Below are positions 56,813 to 64,000 of a DNA stretch of 64,000 nucleotides, one piece after another. Source of the DNA: Moniliella sp. 'wahieum' (Eukaryota). Location of the stretch: positions 124,001-188,000 of the forward strand of contig RSEE01000098.1 in assembly GCA_003971905.1 (NCBI GenBank). Reading direction: 5' to 3'. The translations under genes were made by a program, and so were the position numbers. Below the pieces are notes generated by a model. The model was not told the DNA's origin and ran no database searches. It saw only the letters and a list, made by a program, of their open reading frames with translations. How positions within the stretch are numbered: the stretch's first letter is position 1; the number at the start of each line of letters is the position of its first letter.

Positions 56813-58655
56813 ATGCCGCTTCCCTCGATCGCCGGCCGTCCAGTGACCATCATTGGCGCTGGAACGCTCGGCCGCCGCATGGCGCTCATGTGGATGACCC
56901 GTGGCGGCACCGTCAACCTCTAGTACGCATGCCCGGCCTTGCCCTGCGTGCGGACGCGTCCCTAACCCTCGTCTGCGCAGCGACCCCTCCTCCTCCCAGC
57001 TGCAGTCGGCCCAGAAGTACGCGCTCGCGCGCTTCCAAGCGCCATTTCCGACCACGTCCCCGGCGGCTCCCCCGGCAAGCTCAACCTGTTCAACCAGTCT
57101 CTTCCCTCGGTTGCCTTGGCCGACTCTTGGATGGTGATTGAGGCGGTGCCCGAGGAGATCCAGCTGAAGCACAAGGTGCTCAGCAGCATCAGCGCTGCCT
57201 CCCCTACGGATGCGATCATCGCCAGCGAATCCTCCCCTTCTCGGGTGCCGAGCTGCTTGATGCCATCCCCAGCTCGCATAGCTCCCAGTTCCTTAGCACG
57301 CACTACTATTTGCCTCCGGAAATCAACCTCCTGGAGATTATGCCCAACTCTGCGACCGACAAGGACATCGCTCCCTTCCTTGCCAAGGTTGCTGCCGAGC
57401 ACGGACTCAAGCCGATTCAGGTCAAGAAGGATTCGGTTGGCTTGTTGGCAACCGGGTATGGGCAGCGATCAAGCGCGAGGCACTCAAGGTTGCCGCCGAG
57501 GGCGTCAGCACACCGGCCGACATTGACACTGACTGCACTGAACCAGTTTGTTCCGGGGCTCAAACCCTTTGCTCTGATGGACAAGGTGGGACTCAACACG
57601 GTGCTGGATGTGGAAAAGCATTACCAAGCTGTCTACCCCAGTCTTGCCAAGGACTATGGCGATGCGCTTTCATATGTCGATGCGAAGGTGCAAAAGAACG
57701 AGTTGGGCTGGTCGACGGACAAGGGCTTCTTTGACTACGTTCCTCTCGACAAGCAGAAGCACATTCTTGTTCTCGACATTACAAGGGCTATGCAGCCCGT
57801 CGCTCCCTCGACGGCCGCCAAACCGAATACATTTCCCAAAATCTCCACATGCCCGATGGCGTGGTGGCCGCGCCCGATGGCTCGGTCTTTGTGGGGTGCA
57901 TGGGCGCGGTGCCAGCAGAGGAGGATGGGTACCTGGTCCGTGTCTTCCCACCCACCGAAGAAGGCGGGGAATGGACGACCAAGGTGATTGTCCCCAGGGC
58001 ATTGCGTTTACGCCCAAGCGGGCCCGGACGAGAAGCGCGAAAAGCTTTACTGGTCCGACCGTGAGGGCGGCCGGGTGTGGCGGTCCAACTACGACGGTTC
58101 GGAGGTGGAGATCCTGTTCCAAACCGTGCCCGACGGCACTGCGCGCCCATCCCGGACCAGACCAAGCACTGTGTCGGCTGCACGGTGGACAGCGAAAAGG
58201 GCTGGGTGTATTGGACGCTCAAGGCCCCGCGCGCGGCGGCCACGGCTCCATTCTTCGTGCGCCCATTGACCAAAAGGGCGTGCATCCATTTGAGCGCAAG
58301 GACATTGAGGTCTTGTATGAAAACCTGCCGGAACCCATCGACCTGCACTTGGCCGAGGGCGGCAAGCGGCTCTACTGGACCGACCGTGGCGTTGGCGGCT
58401 TGTTCACCGCGCTTGTTCCGGAACAGTTGACCCCCAGCACGACGGCGACATCAAGGAGGCCCCCAAGTTGCTCTCTACCATTTCCACCAGACCATCGGCC
58501 TCACCGTCGACGAAGAGGCCGGCTACATTTATGTGGCTGACCTGGGTGGCGCCGTGTGCCGCACCAACCTGGATGGCTCGGACAAGATCCGCGTCCGGTC
58601 AACGGACATCAACGTGTACACGGGCCTGGCTCTCCAGCTGCCTCCATCTAATTAA
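56813..58655 (+). CDS. 3-hydroxyacyl/3-hydroxybutyryl-CoA dehydrogenase fused to a C-terminal YWTD-like beta-propeller; intron about 56923-56980; frameshifts
   Basis: IIGAGTLGRR (Rossmann), VIEAVPEEIQLK, PPEINLLEIM, PFALMDKVGL; then PDGV, LYWSDREG, WVYWT, EPIDL..LYWTDRG, IYVADLGG. Confidence 0.88.
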
Positions 58656-58874
58656 TCAGCCTGCCTGCCTGGCTGACGGGGTTGTTTGTGTCTTGATAAT
58701 AATCGTCCATCGCGTTGCCATTCATACCATGTGTAGTTTGGAACCGTGGAAGGTGCCCCGTATGGCTTGCTTGTAAACAGGGACTCGGGAATGGTAATGG
58801 GCTATTGCCTCGTGTCAGTTTTCTTGTCCCAGGTTGAGATGGCAGAACATTAACCGAGCGAGAAAAGACGCAGT

Positions 58875-58973
58875 GGTCGATTAGCTCATTGGTCAGAGCG
58901 TGGTACTAATATATTCCTTCTGTAGGAAGTGTTGGTGATGCCAAGGTCATGAGTTCAAGCCTCATATTGACCA
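58875..58973 (+). tRNA. tRNA-Ile(AAT) with intron
   Basis: GGTCGAT..AGCTCATTGGTCAGAGC..TGGTA-CT-AAT-A..intron..TGCCA..GAGTTCAAGCCTC..ATTGACCA, then poly-T. Confidence 0.88.
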
Positions 58974-59419
58974 GATTTTTTTGGCGCTGCTGGGTTGGTA
59001 TTTCTCTGCAGTGGCGTATGACTTGGCGTCGAGGCGCAAGCCACGCCCTCCCCCTAGTGCTCCTTGTCCATCACACAGCAGTATGCTAAGGAACATTGTC
59101 AGGCATAGGTAGACGTTCGCCGTTAGCCGCTGACCCCCTTCAAACCCCAAACACTGATGCAGCAGGCACGTCACCAGAATTGTTTCGGTTTCGCTACAAG
59201 CGCCGACGGCCGCTACAGACCAGTGCTCGTCATATGAACTTAGGATGACACTGTTCCCCTGTCCCGTGGATGGGCACGACTTACGCTTTGAGTGCCCGAG
59301 ATGCCTGCCCTACACATAGTGGACTCTCAGGTGGACTACCCCATTTTCTTCGCTCTGGTTTAACCTGTTCAAGACGGCAGATCCCCGTCTTGGTTATGCA
59401 TTGGACGTTCGAGCGTCAC

Positions 59420-61276
59420 TTACGCCTGGGACTCAGCCATGCGCGTCACCCACTCCAGCACCTTGCGTTGGAGGCCAGGCTTGGGACCATGGAATGCGTT
59501 CAGCGCCTCGATCAGCTCCGTGGCCGAGGGCTGGTTCGAGCCAGCACCCGGGTGCTCGCCCGCCAGAAGCGCGGCACACTCCGCCTCCGAGGGAAGGGCA
59601 AATGGGTTGTGGGTCGGGGCCCAGCCGAGCGGGCCAAGGGTCTCTGGCACGGCGTGGTCGCCGTCGTTCTGCGGGGTCAGACGCCAGGACCTCTTGTCTG
59701 GCTTGCCCTTCGAGCCATCCGTCCCCCTCGGGCGAGCGCGGCGTGATCAACTCCAACTTGGGAACCGTCAACTTCATACCATACTGCGCAGCCTCCTTGC
59801 CCGACGAAAAGAAGAGAGAGCCAATGTCTTTCGAGTTGATCTTGTCGAGCGAGGCGGGGGACCAGGCGGGCGAACCGGTGCGCCGCTTGCCAGTCGCAGG
59901 TCCTTCTCGAGCACATGGGTAACTCCCGTGTAGAAGTCCCTGTTCTGGCCCTTGGGCGGCGCATTCAGGTCGCAGAACGCAGTGGCACGCGCGCATGTCC
60001 ACATCAAAGCTTTGCGGAAGACGCATGGAGCCCACCGCCTCAGCCATGTGACGGTGCGTCACAACCAGCGAGCGGGGACTCTTGGTCTTCAGCACCTCAT
60101 GGGTCGTCTTGGCCCACGCGGCAATCGCCTCCCATGCAGCGCTCGTATTGGCAAAGTGTCCGTGGACGCCCGAGACGAGTGCTTTGCCCGCCGGGGAGGC
60201 CCACGGTTGAGGTGCATACAGTTCCTCGAGCGAAGTGTAAATGGCTTGCACCCCGTGCTTGGGGTACGTGTGAGAACCAAAGACGTAGTCCATTGCGACC
60301 CCGCGGGCCAAAGAAGGGGCTCTTTTCCATCGCGTCGGGAGCGACCTCTTCGTTTGCCGGGTCCAAGGGGTCAATGCTAAAGTCCTCCAGTACGTCGTGC
60401 ACGCGGGCGGAAATCGAGGGGGCAATGGGCTGGGTGGGCGTCGTAGGCGGCTCCTGCTGCGTCAACTCGAGGCTCTCTTGCACTCGGGGATCGCGGTCGA
60501 ACGGACATAGTGCGTGCCCAAGCCAAGGTAATACACTTCCCATCCCGCCAGCCTGTGCCCCGTCAGCAAGGTACAACCCGACCCCGCCATCGAGCCGGAC
60601 CAAGTTGCGGCAACGCCAACGTCGGGGAAAAAGCCGATGCCAGTTTCGGGCATGGCCCACATCGTGCGCCCGGTTACCACCCGGAACGGAATGTGAGAAG
60701 ACAAGCCGACACCGCCCCCCATCGTGATACCATCGAGCAAAGCAACTGCGGTCTTGTCGTGAGGCAGGTTGGCCACGGCCGAACGGGCGGCGAACTGGCC
60801 CAGACGGGCCAGCGAGTAGTCCAATTCGTATTCCTTCTGGAAGAAACGGAGCGACTCATCCCGTTTGCTAGGGTCGTCGCTATTCGCCGCCCGAACCACG
60901 GCGAGCACATCGCCGCCCGAGCAGAAGGCACGGCCCTCGTGCGTCAGGACCAAGATGCCCGCCGTGGTGGAGGAGAGAAGAGGTCGAGCTCCTTGCGCAG
61001 AAGCGTAACCATAGGCAGGTTGAGCGCGTTGAGCGCCTTGGGACGGTTCAGCGTCACCGTCCGTGCGTTGCCGACGGCCTTGCTGCGCACCAGCAGCTCT
61101 TCGTCGGGCAGCTTCAACGCGGCAGGCACGCGCCCGACGCGGTCAGCGTGCGCTTGGGCGCGCGACGCGCACGGAGGCCGCGGGGAGCGCACGCGCGCGC
61201 GTGCGCACTGCGCCCAGGCAGCGGCAGACAGAGGGGGGCGCGCGAGAGACGCAGACACGCGGCGCAGAGGCATCAT
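59420..61276 (-). CDS. EHD3: Mitochondrial 3-hydroxyisobutyryl-CoA hydrolase; frameshifts
   Basis: TLNRPKALNALN, RAFCSGGDV, FFQKEYELDY, DGITMGGGVGLS, WAMPETGIGFFPDVG, KSPRSLVVT, DFYTGV. Confidence 0.93.
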
Positions 61277-61570
61277 CTTGAGGGCGTCGGCAGTTGCAGT
61301 TGCAGCGGCGTCGTCTGTTAATCATTCCGTTTGTTCCCGGCGCTGCGCCCCCAGAACAGGCCGCCCCGCCCGGCGTTCCGCTCGCGGCCATTCCGCCCGC
61401 GCCTGAAACGTTCACGCGGTGGCTGCGGCGCTGGTTCTGTTCGTAACCCTAGCCCGCGTGACAAGAAGAAAATAATGCTGCGGCACACACCCTACGGCGC
61501 CTGCGCTTGGCTGTGGGCGCTCGCCCGGCCGCCCCGCCTCCTCTTTTCCCCCCACCGTTCTCCAAGCAAA

Positions 61571-62336
61571 ATGGCTGACGCTGCTCCCGTGGACGTGGTG
61601 GTTTTGGACGTGACCGTGGCGGCCGTGGCCGTCGTGGCCGTCGTGGCGCTCGCGGCGGCGAGAAGGAGGAGTGGGTTCCTGTCACCTCGGTTGCCGCCTT
61701 GTCAAGGACGGCAAGATCAAGTCGATTGAGGAGATCTACCTCTTCTCGCTCCCGATCAAGGACCAGGTTGTGGACCTGCTGCTCCCCAAGCTCAAGGACG
61801 AGGTCATGAAGATCCACCCGGTCCAGAAGCAGACCCGTGCCGGTCAGCGTACCCGCTTTAAGCTTTCGTCGCCGTCGCGTTGGCGACTCGGACGGCCACT
61901 TGGGTCTCGGTGTCAAGTGCGCCAAGGAGGTCGCCACGGCCATCCGCGCCCGCCATCAACCTGGCCAAGCTCTCGGTCATCCCCGTTCGCCGTGGCTACT
62001 GGGGTGCTGCGCTTGGTGAGCCCCACACGGTGCCGATGAAGGTCAGCGGCAAGACGGCGTCGGTCATGTGCCGTCTCGTCCCCGCCCCCCGCGGCACGGG
62101 CATTGTTGCTGCCCCGGCCTCGAAGCGTATGCTCCAGCTTGCCGTGTCACCGACTGCTACACCCAGTCGTCCGGCCAGACTGCACCATGGGCAACTTTAT
62201 CAAGGCTACGTTTGAGGCGGTGTCCAAGACCTACGGCTTCCTCACCCCCAACCTGTGGAACAACATCCCACCCCCCTCCTACTCCCTTTGTAGTACTCTC
62301 GGCCACCTGGCCAAGGCCGCCAAGAAGGCCCTCTAA
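61571..62336 (+). CDS. RPS2: 40S ribosomal protein S2 (uS5); frameshifts
   Basis: RGG-rich N-terminus, [86 protein letters not shown]. Confidence 0.97.
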
Positions 62337-62574
62337 GTGGTGTACCGCTTCAATGTCATTTAAAATTCCTTGCCTTGTCTAGGCCCCCCCCCTTTATTAT
62401 GTGAACGGCAGATGATAGCTCGTCTGTAGAAATTTCTAGACACGATATATCGACGGATTGAATACGGTTTGCAGGTGCTTCGGGTGGTGAGGATATTGTT
62501 TCCTGTGCTCAGCTTGAACTCGCGGTTAGGGTTCGTTGATGGTGGGAGATCCAAGTTGTGTGGGTCGCAAAAAT

Positions 62575-62660
62575 TGGACGAATAGGGAATCGAACCCCAG
62601 ACCTCACACAAATGCACAGGTGATGCGAAGCGTGCGCTCTACCAACTGAGCTATCCGCCC
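62575..62660 (-). tRNA. tRNA-Ala(CGC) with intron
   Basis: Reverse complement GGGCGGATAGCTCAGTTGGTAGAGC-G-CACGC-TT-CGC-A..intron..GTGTG..GGTTCGATTCC..TTCGTCCA. Confidence 0.9.
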
Positions 62661-62847
62661 GGATATAACCTACCAGGCAGATGGCAGTTTATCAGCATGA
62701 GCACAGAAAATCATGCTGTTCACCGTGCCAATAGGGTTCGTGCTGGTATCTCCGTTAGAGTGCTACGCATGACGATGACTGGAGGCACCAACCTTCCACG
62801 GCCTGCGCTCGGAACCACCTCACCACCACCTTCACTCTTCTAAGAGG

Positions 62848-63997
62848 ATGAACTTGCACATTGTTGGTGTCGGTTCCGTAGGGGGCCTGTTTGCCTTCTT
62901 TGCCAAGCGTGCTCTCCGGTTGGAGGGGGCCCAGCGCTTCCGTTCCCCGGGGGCATCTCTTCCAGGAAAGCACGGTGACCCTGCACTTGAACCGGCCTCC
63001 GCCCCCCTCGGCCATGGCCGCGGATGGGACGGCGACTCTGACGCGTGAACAACCCGATGGAAAGTGGAGAAAGAGAGCGGGTTTCTTCTCGAGCTGTCCC
63101 CGGGGAGACGAGCACGATTGACGTGTTGGTAATTGCACTCAAGTCGGACTTGACCCTGTCCGTTGTCGGTCCCTTGATCCAACGTTTCCGCAAGGCCGAC
63201 CACCCCAATGGTCCCTCGACCGTTGTCTTTCTCCAGAATGGGGTTGGGAACGATGAGTTGTTTCTCTCCCACTTCTTTTCCAGTCCGAACAGCCCGGTGG
63301 GACGGCCGTTTGTGTTTGCTCAACAGCAATAGTCATGGTACGGGACGCAAGGAACCCCTTTGGGTTCGCCACCTCGGCTTCAACCCTTTCACTTTGGCCT
63401 GCCGCGCGCGAAACGGCGGAACGTGCGGGGGGAGAAGAGTCACTGTTTGCCCACTGGAAGGATGCTAGCCCACCGCTGCACTGGAACACAGACGCTGTCA
63501 GACTTGATCCAACTCTTGGCCAGCGCGCCGATGGCTACCCCGGCACTTGCTCAATCACGCTCGAGACTGGGGACAAGTTTGCGCTGCGGGCCCTGCAGAA
63601 ATTGGTGGTCAACTGCTGCGCCAATGCGATTGGTGCCGGTGCACGACGTGAGAATGGGGGTGCTGGATCGGCCGGAGCTGAATGCTCTCCGACAAGAAGT
63701 GACTGTGGAATGTGCTGCGGTGCTGCGTGCGCGTTGGCTTGCTGAGCATCCGGGTACGAGCCAAGTGCCCAAAGATCCAGGTCGAGGCCCTGCACGATGC
63801 TGTGTTCAACCTGATTGATCGCAACCGGATCAACAGGTGAGCATGCTCCAGGACATTTACTCGGGCCGGGGCCGACGGAGATTGACCTGCTTAATGGCAC
63901 CGTTGCCGCTTGGGGCGCCAAATACGGAGTGCCGACACCGTTGAACGACATGCTCATCGCCCAGGTCAAGCAGCGGGCCAAGGAGAGCAAAAAGTGA
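62848..63997 (+). CDS. PAN5: Ketopantoate (2-dehydropantoate) reductase, PanE/ApbA family; frameshifts
   Basis: HIVGVGSVGGL, DVLVIALKS, VFLQNGVG, QKLVVNCCANAI, TEIDLLNG..GVPTPLN. Confidence 0.85.
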
Positions 63998-64000
63998 AGG

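Noticed and set aside
59253..59265. GTTCCCCTGTCCC match to the retroelement 3' block
   Set aside because: Only 13 bp with no flanking similarity; could be chance.

Overview
Eukaryotic, GC-rich fungal genomic DNA. Gene content, short GT..AG introns with CTRAC branch points and intron-containing tRNAs point to a basidiomycete, probably Ustilaginomycotina-like (inference). About 18 protein-coding genes are recognisable: RPS23, a carnitine carrier, PDH phosphatase, MIPC synthase, ATP17, a group III HAMP histidine kinase, an LRR-RhoGEF, a makorin-type RING protein, a C2H2/Zn2Cys6 transcription factor, a CaMK, SEC4, a TauD dioxygenase, an MFS transporter, an aspartic protease, a hydroxyacyl-CoA dehydrogenase/beta-propeller fusion, EHD3, RPS2 and PAN5. 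There are also six intron-containing tRNA genes and relics of an RLE-type (CRE-like) non-LTR retrotransposon at two loci. Most CDSs carry single-base frameshifts, even essential genes, which looks like unpolished long-read assembly error, so many coordinates are approximate. The most unusual signal is a recurrent non-coding grammar: TGA/TCA (more generally TNA) triplets phased at 7 bp with variable, mostly palindromic 4-bp spacers, seen in more than 25 intergenic or intronic sites.
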